Assembly: GCA_964488305.1 (NCBI GenBank)
Contig: CAZAUC010000001.1
Span: 3,305-37,761, forward strand
Direction: 5' to 3'
DNA length: 34,457 bases
Origin: an uncultured Candidatus Saccharibacteria bacterium
GTDB taxonomy: Bacteria > Patescibacteriota > Minisyncoccia > UBA6257 > UBA9933
Position 1 is the stretch's first letter; every line of letters begins with the position of its first letter. The translations under genes and the position numbers were made by a program. Below, piece after piece: positions 1 through 8,664 of this stretch. The notes below the pieces were generated by a model. That model made no database searches. It was not told the origin of the DNA and was given only the letters and a program-made list of their open reading frames with translations.

Positions 1-166
1 GACTTAGAAATTTTTCTTTTCATAATTTTAAAATTTATTTTTCGACCTTTATTTTAAAGAACCATTTTCGCTTTTATTTATATATTTTACATCATTCAGC
101 TCGAACCAGCAAAACGCCAATTACAACATCCTTGAGGGTGTCGGAATATTCTGTTAAGATAAAAAT

Positions 167-649
167 ATGTTAGGCGTCAAAAGATCTTTTAGGACCGGTT
201 TTGGATTTGGTTTGACTTCGGGGGTTATTACCACTTTGGGATTGGTGGTTGGTTTATATTCTGGCACGCATTCAAAAATACTGATTATAAGCGGAATTTT
301 ACTTATCGCCATCGCTGATTCACTTTCGGATTCTCTGGGGATTCACGTTTCCGAGGAATTAAAAAAAGAGCGGACGCTAAAAGAAATTTGGGTCGCCACT
401 TTTACCACTTTCTTTTCCAGGTTTTTCGTTGTCCTGTCGCTGGTTATACCGATTTTGTTTTTCGCTTTATCCACGGCGATAATTATAAGTATACTTTGGG
501 GGCTGTTTTTAATAGGGGCCTTTAGCCTTTATATAGCCAAACAAAGAGGGGAGAGTTATTTAAAAGCCGTTTTTAAACATCTCTCTATCGCAATTTTGGT
601 TATTGCCATCACTTATTTTATCGGTGATTTTGTATCAGCTCTTATTTGA
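167..649 (+). CDS. VIT1/CCC1-like (VIT family) integral membrane protein
   Basis: 160-aa ORF with several hydrophobic helices. GLTSGVITTLGLVVGL and IADSLSDSLGIHVSEE resemble conserved VIT-family transporter motifs. Ends in TGA. Confidence 0.45.
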   Translation: MLGVKRSFRTGFGFGLTSGVITTLGLVVGLYSGTHSKILIISGILLIAIADSLSDSLGIHVSEELKKERTLKEIWVATFTTFFSRFFVVLSLVIPILFFALSTAIIISILWGLFLIGAFSLYIAKQRGESYLKAVFKHLSIAILVIAITYFIGDFVSALI

Positions 650-768
650 CGCCGAAGATATTAAAAAATCTTCTCAAGGGCAAATCCTACCTCTGTTTTT
701 GATAAGGCTGGAATGTTTATATTGGGGCGGAAGTTGACTTTTTATGGCGGGGGAATAAGATATCTTAT

Positions 769-1479
769 ATGACTTCAAACGGAAAACAGGAAAAATCCCG
801 GCCGGATATTTTTACGATGAAGAAATCCGAGCAATACGAAACCATAGAGGAGCTTTTCAAGAAGAGTCAGGCCGGCCCAATTTATTACACCCTTTTGTCT
901 TTTTCGTCCGTGATTGTTGCCGCGGGCATATTACTGGCCAACTCTCCCATTGTCATCGGCGGAATGCTGGTGGCGCCCCTTTTAACTCCCATCTTACTGA
1001 TTGCCTTGGGCATTTCCGTGGGCGATATCGGAGCCATCAAGTCGTCAATCATCCTGGTTTTGAAATCCATATTGATTGTAATAGGCATTTCCTTTATTTT
1101 GTCGTTTGTTTTCGGCGGCAGTACGCAGGACATTTATCCTTTCGGAGATTCCTTGCAGGTGGCGGCATTGTATTCCGTGGTGGCTTTCATTTCCGGCGTG
1201 GCGGCCACGTTTGCCTGGGTAAGAAAAGAAGTGGCGGAAATCCTGCCGGGAGTGGCCATTGCCGTTTCTTTAATGCCGCCTTTGAGCGTATTGGGCTTGA
1301 GCTTGGTTGCTTTCAGCTTCAGCGTTTCCCGATTGGCGCTTTTGACTTTCATTCTTAACTTTGCCGGAGTAATTTTGGGCAGTATCGTGGTATTTTCTCT
1401 TTTGAGATTTTACAAAAGCGAGAAAGTCGTTCGTAAAGAAGCGGACAACCAAAACCCAGCTGAAAAATCCCAGCATTAA
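769..1479 (+). CDS. DUF389-family integral membrane protein
   Basis: 236 aa and polytopic. VIGGMLVAPLLTPILLIALGISVGD matches the hallmark DUF389 segment. Confidence 0.5.
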   Translation: MTSNGKQEKSRPDIFTMKKSEQYETIEELFKKSQAGPIYYTLLSFSSVIVAAGILLANSPIVIGGMLVAPLLTPILLIALGISVGDIGAIKSSIILVLKSILIVIGISFILSFVFGGSTQDIYPFGDSLQVAALYSVVAFISGVAATFAWVRKEVAEILPGVAIAVSLMPPLSVLGLSLVAFSFSVSRLALLTFILNFAGVILGSIVVFSLLRFYKSEKVVRKEADNQNPAEKSQH

Positions 1480-1554
1480 TCCCAGCATTAATTCAAGGAT
1501 TAATTCAGGGATTTTGAAATAATTTGACGCTGGCTTAATGTTAATAAAGAGCCC

Positions 1555-1584
1555 TTGACATTTACCGGTCCTTTGCGCTATAAT
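1555..1584 (+). promoter_or_regulatory. sigma70-type promoter (TTGACA, 18-nt spacer, TATAAT)
   Basis: Perfect -35 TTGACA at 1555-1560 and perfect -10 TATAAT at 1579-1584, in a gene-free region. Confidence 0.6.
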
Positions 1585-1590
1585 ACCTTT

Positions 1591-1719
1591 AGTGAGTGTG
1601 AGTTTTCCTTGTCGTCAAGACGCAAGTCGCGATGAAATCCAAGGAAAGCCTTTCCAGTACCCCCACCACTTTGCCCGCAAAATCATACCTGTTGGTAAAG
1701 TGGTGGGGGTTTTTGTTTT
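1591..1719 (+). ncRNA. candidate small RNA of unknown family (promoter to intrinsic terminator)
   Basis: Starts just downstream of the consensus promoter. Contains mutually exclusive hairpins (uuccuug/caaggaa versus ggaaag/cuuucc). Ends in a 13-bp stem (cccccaccacttt 1660-1672 with aaagtggtggggg 1697-1709) followed by a T-run at 1710-1719. No plausible ORF. Confidence 0.35.
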
Positions 1720-1856
1720 AGTTGTTATATTTCAATATATTTGGCATAATTACTTAGGGCAGTTGGCTAATGAAAGCGTCTTAGAGAATAGAAAAAGACA
1801 TTAAAATTGGTTCACCCAAGCGGCCACGAGAGAGAACTCATTTTTTAAGATGAACT

Positions 1857-1929
1857 GTGTCAGCGGCTGCGGGTACGAGCACTCACTAAGTAAAAAAAAC
1901 TGGAGGTCACCAACCGCAGTCGCTGACAC
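1857..1929 (+). other. 16-bp stem / 41-nt loop hairpin in a gene-free region
   Basis: gtgtcagcggctgcgg (1857-1872) pairs with ccgcagtcgctgacac (1914-1929) with a single G-U pair. Function unknown. Confidence 0.4.
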
Positions 1930-1998
1930 CTATTTTCATCTAAAAAAGTTTCCCATAAGCCTTGTTTTTTCCTGCTAAGCGCCACTGCCCCTGTTTTG

Positions 1999-2027
1999 TT
2001 GACAGCAGGTCTTAATTCTGCTATGTT
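1999..2027 (+). promoter_or_regulatory. sigma70-type promoter (TTGACA, 17-nt spacer, TATGTT) upstream of the rplC operon
   Basis: -35 TTGACA at 1999-2004 and -10 TATGTT at 2022-2027. Confidence 0.5.
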
Positions 2028-2260
2028 TTACATTACTGGAATAAATAAAATGACAATGTTTACCCTGCAACTATCCGCGAAAAATGAGCGGTTTAGTTGG
2101 CGAGGGTCCCGTCTATATCCCGAAACAAAGTTTGATAACTTTTCAGATATTGTTTCGCGGAAATACGGGGTCGCGCCCATTAATCTCATTTTATTCGGGA
2201 TATGGGCGGTGATCCCGGGATAAAAAATTTAAATAGAAAGATTTAGCCAATAAAAATCCA

Positions 2261-2293
2261 AAAACAGCCGGCTAAGTCTGGCTGTTTTTGTTG
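2261..2293 (+). terminator. intrinsic terminator / possible attenuator in the rplC leader
   Basis: Stem aaaacagcc / ggctgtttt with loop ggctaagtct, followed by tttttgttg. Lies about 90 nt upstream of the rplC ATG. Confidence 0.55.
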
Positions 2294-2383
2294 ATAGATA
2301 ATGCGAACAATACGAATGATACAAATAAAGCATTTAAAGCATTTGCGGCATTCGCACAATTCGCAGTTTGGCATTATGTGTAT

Positions 2384-2983
2384 ATGGCGTTCATTTTAGG
2401 CAAAAAATTGAAAATGTCGCAGATTTGGAAAGAAGATAAGGTTATTCCGGTAACTTTGATTCAAGCCGGACCGGCCGTGGTCACGCAAATCAGGACGAAA
2501 GAGAAAGACGGCTATGACGCAGTGCAGGTCGGTTTTGACGCAACAAAAAAAAGACTGAACAAGCCAATGAAAGGCCATTTGAAAGATTTGGGAAATTTCA
2601 GGCACCTTAAGGAGTTTAAAGTAGAAAGTTTAAAGTTAAAAGTCGGAGACGTTCTGGACGCCGGCCAGTTTCAGGAAGGCGACAAAGTAAAAGTCAGCGG
2701 TTTAAACAAAGGCAGGGGATTCCAGGGGGTGGTCAAGCGATACGGTTTTCACGGCGGTCCAAAAACTCACGGCCAAAAAGACAGGTTGAGAGCGCCGGGC
2801 TCAATCGGCGCCACTGCTCCGCAAAGGGTAATGCCCGGGAAAAAAATGGCCGGCAGAATGGGACAGGAACGGAAAACAATAAAGAACTTGGAGATAACCG
2901 AAATTGACAAAGAAAAAAACATTTTAACGGTTAAAGGGGCGGTGCCGGGAATGAGAGGCACAATACTGGAGATAAAAAAGTAG
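2384..2983 (+). CDS. rplC: 50S ribosomal protein L3
   Basis: MAFILGKKLKMSQIW... matches the L3 N-terminus. FQGVVKRYGFHGGPKTHGQ is an L3 motif. ATG at 2384 is preferred over the ORF-track start at 2288. Confidence 0.95.
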   Translation: MAFILGKKLKMSQIWKEDKVIPVTLIQAGPAVVTQIRTKEKDGYDAVQVGFDATKKRLNKPMKGHLKDLGNFRHLKEFKVESLKLKVGDVLDAGQFQEGDKVKVSGLNKGRGFQGVVKRYGFHGGPKTHGQKDRLRAPGSIGATAPQRVMPGKKMAGRMGQERKTIKNLEITEIDKEKNILTVKGAVPGMRGTILEIKK

Positions 2984-3062
2984 AAAGTTCATAAGGTTTA
3001 TAAAGCCCATAAAGATTCATTTTACTTTAGAAACTTTATAACTTTATAAACTTTTAACTTTA

Positions 3063-3692
3063 ATGCTTGTTGACGTTTTTGATAAAGAAAATAATAAGGC
3101 AGGTAAGATTGATTTACCGGAAAGAATATTCGGAGTTAAATGGAATCCTGACCTGGTTCATCAGGCGCTTTTAACCCAGATGGCCAACGGCCGTTTGCCT
3201 TGGGCGCATGCCAAAGGACGCGGCGAAGTCAGGGGAGGAGGCAAGAAACCTTGGCGGCAGAAGGGCACGGGCAGGGCCAGACATGGTTCAATCCGCTCGC
3301 CGATTTGGAAAGGCGGCGGCGTGACTTTCGGCCCGCTTAAAGAAAAAATATTCGCCAAGAAAATAAATAAGAAAATGAGACAACTGGCGATTTTCAGCCT
3401 TTTATCAAAGAAATTGAAGGACGGCGAATTAAAAGTGATTGACGAATTTAAAGTTGAAACAAAGAAAACAAAAGAATGGGCCAAAGTTTTAAAAAGCGTA
3501 TTAAACCAGAAACCGTCGGCTTTGTTAGTTCCCGGCACGGCAAAAAAGGAGGTCCATCAGGCAGTTACTAATCTAAAAAACGTTAAAGCCATAAGCCCTC
3601 ATTCTTTGAACGTTTACGATTTGGCGAAATATAAAAACATAATTTTGGAAAAAGAAGCAGTCGCAGAAATGGAAAAACATTATACGAAATAA
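3063..3692 (+). CDS. rplD: 50S ribosomal protein L4
   Basis: KPWRQKGTGRARHGSIRSPIWKGGGVTFGP motif and operon position. Confidence 0.95.
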   Translation: MLVDVFDKENNKAGKIDLPERIFGVKWNPDLVHQALLTQMANGRLPWAHAKGRGEVRGGGKKPWRQKGTGRARHGSIRSPIWKGGGVTFGPLKEKIFAKKINKKMRQLAIFSLLSKKLKDGELKVIDEFKVETKKTKEWAKVLKSVLNQKPSALLVPGTAKKEVHQAVTNLKNVKAISPHSLNVYDLAKYKNIILEKEAVAEMEKHYTK

Positions 3693-3790
3693 TCATACGA
3701 AAATACGAAAACATACGAAATATACGAAAAATAAAATAAAAAACTTTCGTACGTTCGTATAAATTCGTACTTTCGTAAGTAAGCGAAGCG

Positions 3791-4201
3791 ATGACTATTT
3801 TGAACAGATTAAAATCAAAAAAAGATAAAACACAGACGAGAAAGGCGGACAGCTCGGACGAAGCGCGCGGAAAGCAGGGCCCGGCCGTTGTCGCCGAGGG
3901 CGGACAGACAGCTATTCCGCGCCACTCCGCGTTATTGATTAGACAGCCGTGGGTGACGGAAAAGGCGGGTGATTTGTCGGCTTTGGGAAAATACGTTTTC
4001 ATAGCCGACAAGAAAACGAATAAAGCAGAAGCCAAAAGAGCCATTGAATCAATTTACGGCGTAAACGTGGAAAAGGTTAACGTTGTCAATATCAAAGGCA
4101 AGGCAAAGAGATTGGGGCGGAGCTTGGGACGGACTTCAGCCCATAAGAAAATAATTGTGACACTGAAGGAGGGCCAAAAAATTGACATTATGCCAACGTA
4201 A
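3791..4201 (+). CDS. rplW: 50S ribosomal protein L23 with about 45-aa N-terminal extension
   Basis: The C-terminal approximately 90 aa (IRQPWVTEKA...YVFIADKKTNKAEAKRAIESIYGVNVEKVN...KKIIVTL) are L23-like. No internal ATG is available. Confidence 0.85.
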   Translation: MTILNRLKSKKDKTQTRKADSSDEARGKQGPAVVAEGGQTAIPRHSALLIRQPWVTEKAGDLSALGKYVFIADKKTNKAEAKRAIESIYGVNVEKVNVVNIKGKAKRLGRSLGRTSAHKKIIVTLKEGQKIDIMPT

Positions 4202-4327
4202 AAAAATTAAAATTGAAAAATCAAAAATTAAAATGACAATGAAAAATTAAAAATTGGCAAAAGTTAAAATTTTTTCGCCAATGGCGAATACCTAAATTTT
4301 ACATTTTGATATTTACATTTTGAATTT
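4200..4327 (+). repeat. AT-rich MITE-like repeat, copy A (rplW-rplB spacer)
   Basis: About 128 nt, nearly identical to 11756-11888. Contains an internal hairpin (ttcgcc aat ggcgaa) and inverted terminal words (atcaaaatg / cattttgat). Confidence 0.85.
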
Positions 4328-5167
4328 ATGAAGTCCTACAAGCCTACAACTCCATCAAGAAGATTTATGATGGTTCCGACGTATCGGGGTGTTTTGAGCG
4401 CGGTTAAACCGTTGAAAAAATTAGTCAAGAAACTGCCCAAGCGCGCGGGCAGAAACAGTCAGGGCAGAATTACCGTACGCCACCAGGGCGGCGGGAACAA
4501 AAAACTTTATCGGATAATTGATTTTAAACAGAACAAACTGGACATTCCGGCAAAGGTAGAAACCATAGAATATGACCCTTACCGGACCGCTTTTATCGCC
4601 CGCATTTTATACAAAGACGGAGAAAGACGATACATTATCGCTTCAAAAAATATGAAAGCAGGTGACGAATTAATTAATTCAGAAAACGCCCCCTTGAATG
4701 AAGGAAACAGGTTAATGCTGAAAAATATTCCAGTCGGCTATTCGGTTTATAACGTGGAGTTGGCCAAGGGCAAGGGTGGAGAACTGTCAAGGTCAGCCGG
4801 TTCCTATGCCGAGGTTCTGGCGCAGGAGGGCGGCTTCACAAATCTGAAACTTTCTTCGGGCGAGATTAGAAAAATTCACTGGAACAACTTTGCTTCTTTG
4901 GGGCAGGTTTCAAATCAGGAATACAGTTTAATGAAGATTGGCAAAGCGGGCCGAAGCCGCCATTTAGGCATCAGGCCGACGGTCCGCGGCTCGGCGATGA
5001 ATCCGGTAGACCACCCTTACGGCGGCGGCGAAGGAAGAGCCCTTCGCGGCACCAAAAGGCCGAAGACGAAATGGGGTAAAGTGACGGGCGGCAGAAAAAC
5101 CAGAAAAAAGAAGAAATGGAGCAACAAACTGATTATTAAAAGAAGAGTTAAAAAGAAAAGGAAATAA
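4328..5167 (+). CDS. rplB: 50S ribosomal protein L2
   Basis: GRNSQGRITVRHQGGG and RGSAMNPVDHPYGGGEG motifs. Confidence 0.97.
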   Translation: MKSYKPTTPSRRFMMVPTYRGVLSAVKPLKKLVKKLPKRAGRNSQGRITVRHQGGGNKKLYRIIDFKQNKLDIPAKVETIEYDPYRTAFIARILYKDGERRYIIASKNMKAGDELINSENAPLNEGNRLMLKNIPVGYSVYNVELAKGKGGELSRSAGSYAEVLAQEGGFTNLKLSSGEIRKIHWNNFASLGQVSNQEYSLMKIGKAGRSRHLGIRPTVRGSAMNPVDHPYGGGEGRALRGTKRPKTKWGKVTGGRKTRKKKKWSNKLIIKRRVKKKRK

Positions 5168-5259
5168 AATCTCTAATCAATCGCGAATTCTTTTCTAATA
5201 ATCCCGAATAAAATAAATTAGAGACAATTCGTGATGAAATTAGAGATTGATTAGTGATT

Positions 5260-5556
5260 ATGTCACGAAGCAGCAAAAAAGGTCCTTACGTTGACCAAAA
5301 ATTATTAAAGAAAATATCAAAGTTGAAACCCGAGGACAAAACGGTTATTAAAACCTGGTCGCGCGACTCGGAAATTTCACCGGAAATGGTTGGTTTTACT
5401 TTCGGCGTTCATAACGGCAAAGATTTCATTGAAGTGAAAATCGCCGAGGAAATGATTGGCCATCGCCTGGGAGAATTTTCTCAGACCAGAAAGTTCGTCA
5501 GGCACGGAGGAAAAATACAGAGAGAGTTGGAGAAGAAGACAGAGGAGCGGAAATAA
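5260..5556 (+). CDS. rpsS: 30S ribosomal protein S19
   Basis: [12 protein letters not shown]...[21 protein letters not shown] at 5260 is preferred over GTG at 5254. Confidence 0.95.
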   Translation: MSRSSKKGPYVDQKLLKKISKLKPEDKTVIKTWSRDSEISPEMVGFTFGVHNGKDFIEVKIAEEMIGHRLGEFSQTRKFVRHGGKIQRELEKKTEERK

Positions 5557-5577
5557 AGAATTTTAAATTAAACCATT

Positions 5578-6108
5578 ATGGAAACGGGAAAGGAACAAAA
5601 AGCATCTTTAAAACATCTGCACATTGCCCCGCGCAAGGTGCAGTCGGTTGCCAATCTCATTAAAGGATTATCGGTAAATGAAGCCGAGGCGCAGCTTTTA
5701 ACCAATCCGAGAAGGCCGGCCGCGGCCTTACTGGGACTGTTGCGTTCGGCGGCGGCTAACGCAAAGAATAACCAGCAATTAAATGCGGAGCGTCTCTTCG
5801 TCAAGGAAGTCAGGGTGGATAAAGGACCAATACTTAAGAGATATATGCCGCGCGCCATGGGACGGGCGAATCTTATCCAAAAGAAAAGCAGTCACGTAAT
5901 TTTGGTTCTGGCGGAATCGGAGAAAGTAAAGCCGCCGCGATTCAAAATTACTAAGCCGGAAAGAATCAAGAAGCACGTGGCTGAAAAGATGAAAAGACAA
6001 AGAAAGGTGGAGCAAAAGGAAAAAACGAGAGAAGAAGAGGTTAAGGAACCGAGACAAACTAAAGGTCCGGGATTTATTAGAAAAATTTTTAGAAGAAAAA
6101 CGGTGTAG
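5578..6108 (+). CDS. rplV: 50S ribosomal protein L22 with Lys/Glu-rich C-terminal tail
   Basis: L22 core (HIAPRKVQSVANLIKG...VDKGPILKRYMPRAMGRANLIQKKSSHV) followed by a charged tail of about 60 aa. Confidence 0.93.
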   Translation: METGKEQKASLKHLHIAPRKVQSVANLIKGLSVNEAEAQLLTNPRRPAAALLGLLRSAAANAKNNQQLNAERLFVKEVRVDKGPILKRYMPRAMGRANLIQKKSSHVILVLAESEKVKPPRFKITKPERIKKHVAEKMKRQRKVEQKEKTREEEVKEPRQTKGPGFIRKIFRRKTV

Positions 6109-6146
6109 AGGGCTTGGTCCCCGCTAAGCGGGGTTATCAAACCTTT
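6109..6146 (+). repeat. partial copy (first hairpin only) of the post-stop-codon element
   Basis: agggcttggtccccgctaagcggggttatcaaaccttt lies directly after the rplV TAG. A C-to-T change relative to the 214-bp copies keeps the pairing as G-U. Confidence 0.7.
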
Positions 6147-6163
6147 ATTTTAATCACATTGGC

Positions 6164-6835
6164 ATGGGACAAAAAATTAAACCAAATTCATTAAGAACGG
6201 GAGTCAGCCGGGGCTGGTTGACTAATTGGTTTCCAAAGAAAGCCAATTTGAAAGCCATGCTGGAGGAAGACGTTTTAATCAGAAACACAATAAATAAAAA
6301 AATCAGCGCCGCCGGCATTGACAGCATTTTGATAGAAAAGGCCGCCAATAATTATAAGGTTATAATCAAGGCAGCCCGCCCGGGTTTGATTATCGGTCGC
6401 GGCGGAAAAGGCATTGAAGAATTGAGTAAATTATTGGAAAGCAAGCTTAAAGAATTGAGAAGAAAAAAAGGAGTTTTGGAACAGGTCTCTCTCAATGTAA
6501 ATATTGAAGAATTAAAACGCAACGACATTTCAGCCAACGTCGTTGCCCAAAACATTGCCTGGGATTTTGAAAAAAGACTGCCGTACCGCCGGACCATCAA
6601 AAGACATTTGGACCAGATACTACAGAATAAGGAAGTTAAAGGAGCCAAAATTATGGTTAAGGGCAGATTGGACGGAGCGGAGATTGCCAGGGACGAACAT
6701 TTGGAAAAAGGCAAGTTGCCTTTGCAGACGCTTCGGGCTAACATTGATTACGGCACCGCCACCGCGTTTACGACGTACGGGACGGTCGGCATAAAAGTAT
6801 GGATTTACAAAGGAGAAGTGTTCAAGGAAAGTTAA
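6164..6835 (+). CDS. rpsC: 30S ribosomal protein S3
   Basis: MGQKIKPNSLRTGV... and the KH-domain motif ARPGLIIGRGGKGIE. Confidence 0.96.
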   Translation: MGQKIKPNSLRTGVSRGWLTNWFPKKANLKAMLEEDVLIRNTINKKISAAGIDSILIEKAANNYKVIIKAARPGLIIGRGGKGIEELSKLLESKLKELRRKKGVLEQVSLNVNIEELKRNDISANVVAQNIAWDFEKRLPYRRTIKRHLDQILQNKEVKGAKIMVKGRLDGAEIARDEHLEKGKLPLQTLRANIDYGTATAFTTYGTVGIKVWIYKGEVFKES

Positions 6836-6911
6836 AAGTTCATCAGGTTCATAAAGTTTATAAAGTCAACTTTATAAACTTTAAAACTTTACAAACTTTA
6901 TAGACTAATTA

Positions 6912-7322
6912 ATGTTAATACCCAAAAAAGTTAAACATAGAAAATGGCAGAAAGGACGGTCACGTAAGAGAACGAAGGAAACACGAGGCATCACGTTGTC
7001 TTTCGGCAGTTTCGGTTTGCAATCCTTGGAGAACGCCTGGATTAATTCAAGACAAATTGAAGCCGCCCGAAAAACCATTAGCCATTTTACCAAGAGAGGC
7101 GGTAAGGTTTGGTTGAGAATTTTTCCCGACAAACCAATAACTAAACGCCCGCCGGAAACGACAATGGGCGGAGGCAAAGGCAGTGTTGAATACTATGTTT
7201 TTCCGGTCAGGGTCGGAAGAATAATTTTTGAGATTGACGGCGTGTCGGAAGAAATGGCGAAAGAGGCTTTTAGAAGGGCTGGCCATAAATTACCGGTTAA
7301 AACCAGGGTCGTGAGCAAATAA
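6912..7322 (+). CDS. rplP: 50S ribosomal protein L16
   Basis: [11 protein letters not shown]...RMGGGKG-type motif ([14 protein letters not shown]) and operon order. Confidence 0.95.
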   Translation: MLIPKKVKHRKWQKGRSRKRTKETRGITLSFGSFGLQSLENAWINSRQIEAARKTISHFTKRGGKVWLRIFPDKPITKRPPETTMGGGKGSVEYYVFPVRVGRIIFEIDGVSEEMAKEAFRRAGHKLPVKTRVVSK

Positions 7323-7342
7323 GTTTTAACGAGGGATAAAAC

Positions 7343-7549
7343 ATGAAAAACAAAGAAATTAAGCAAATTAAAGATAAGCCGGTGCAGGAACTCCAAAAAA
7401 ATTTGGTTGAGTATCGCGAGACGCTGAGAAAGCTTAAATTTGATTTGAGCCAGGGAAAAGTAAAAAACATCAAACAGATTAAAGAAACGAAAAAGATGAT
7501 TGCGCGAATATTAACCATTCTTAACCAACGACAGACGACCAAGGACTAA
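7343..7549 (+). CDS. rpmC: 50S ribosomal protein L29
   Basis: 68 aa. The pattern ...LQKNLVEYRETLRKLKFDLSQGKVKN and the position after rplP fit L29. Confidence 0.9.
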   Translation: MKNKEIKQIKDKPVQELQKNLVEYRETLRKLKFDLSQGKVKNIKQIKETKKMIARILTILNQRQTTKD

Positions 7550-7593
7550 CGACGTTATTATGAGCCATAAGTTATAGGTTCTAAGTTAAAATT

Positions 7594-7842
7594 ATGAGAA
7601 AATTACAAGGAATAATAGTTTCCGACAAAATGGACAAGACAAGAGTCGTGTCAGTTACGCGTCTAAAAAAACATCCCCGCTATAAAAAATATTATAAGGT
7701 GATGCGTAAGTTTAAAGCCCACGACGGCAAAAATGAATATAAAACGGGGGATAAAGTCGTCATTGAGGAAACCAGGCCTTTATCAAAAGATAAAAGATGG
7801 CGCATAGTGAGCAAAGAGCAAAGCGCTAATCGCGAATCATAA
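7594..7842 (+). CDS. rpsQ: 30S ribosomal protein S17
   Basis: [18 protein letters not shown]...KKHPRYKKY...[25 protein letters not shown]. Confidence 0.93.
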   Translation: MRKLQGIIVSDKMDKTRVVSVTRLKKHPRYKKYYKVMRKFKAHDGKNEYKTGDKVVIEETRPLSKDKRWRIVSKEQSANRES

Positions 7843-7886
7843 ATAAAACGATTTGCGCTATGCGATAAGCGATTAGCTTAAATAAC

Positions 7887-8255
7887 ATGATACAAGAACG
7901 TTCAATGTTAAACGTGGCGGATAACAGCGGAGCAAAATTGATTCAATGCTTTCGCGTTTTAGGCGCGACGCGGCGACGCTACGCCCGAATCGGCGATGTC
8001 GTCGTTGCTTCGGTAAAGAAAGCCGAACCGAGAAAAGCCGTTAAGAAAAAAGATATCGTCAGGGCGGTTATAGTCAGGCAAAAGCAGCCATTAAGGCGAA
8101 CGGACGGTTCCTACGTTCGTTTTGACGAGAATGCCGCGGTCTTGGTTGACGCCAAAAAAGAACCGAAAGCTACCAGGATTTTTGGTCCAATTCCCCGGGA
8201 GATAAAAGAAAAGGGTTTTGAGAAAATAATGACAATGGCTCAGGAAATAGTATAA
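7887..8255 (+). CDS. rplN: 50S ribosomal protein L14
   Basis: MIQERSMLNVADNSGAK... is the canonical L14 N-terminus. Confidence 0.96.
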   Translation: MIQERSMLNVADNSGAKLIQCFRVLGATRRRYARIGDVVVASVKKAEPRKAVKKKDIVRAVIVRQKQPLRRTDGSYVRFDENAAVLVDAKKEPKATRIFGPIPREIKEKGFEKIMTMAQEIV

Positions 8256-8349
8256 ACTGACTAACAACTTACAACTAACAACTAACAACTAACGACAAGA
8301 CGGAATTTAAAAAAATCGTAGGTTGTAAGTCGTAAGTCATAAGTTAAAT

Positions 8350-8655
8350 ATGAAGATTCATAAAGGAGACACAATTAAAATAATTAACGGCAAAGACAAA
8401 GGTAAGACGGGAAAAGTGTTGAAAATTTTGATTAAAAAAAACAAGGTCTTGGTTGACGGATTGAATCTTTATAAGAAGCATGTCCGTCCCAAAAACCAGG
8501 GAGAGAAAGGGGAAGTAGTTTCGGTACCGCGGCCGATGGATGTTTCCAATGTTATGATTTTTTGTTCCGCCTGCAGCAAAGCGGTTAAAGTTGGTTATCG
8601 TTCTGATGCGGGAAAAAAGATAAGAATATGTAAAAAGTGCGGTGCGGCCGTATAA
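8350..8655 (+). CDS. rplX: 50S ribosomal protein L24 (KOW domain with C-terminal CxxC...CxxC)
   Basis: MKIHKGDTIKIINGKDKGKTGKVL is a KOW motif. The protein also carries the cysteine pairs CSAC and CKKC. Confidence 0.92.
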   Translation: MKIHKGDTIKIINGKDKGKTGKVLKILIKKNKVLVDGLNLYKKHVRPKNQGEKGEVVSVPRPMDVSNVMIFCSACSKAVKVGYRSDAGKKIRICKKCGAAV

Positions 8656-8664
8656 AAATGCGAT

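Noticed and set aside
1592-2223. ORFs 1592-1804 (70 aa, GTG start) and 1996-2223 (75 aa, TTG start) in the gene-free region.
   Set aside because: Both have non-ATG starts and no RBS. They run through promoter and terminator hairpins and have odd composition. The region is better explained as non-coding RNA or leader.
2288-2383. An N-terminal 32-aa extension of L3 from the ORF-track start at 2288.
   Set aside because: The extension (MLIDNANNTNDTNKAFKAF…) is encoded by the word-palindrome spacer. The canonical L3 N-terminus (MAFILGKKLKMSQIW) begins at the ATG at 2384.
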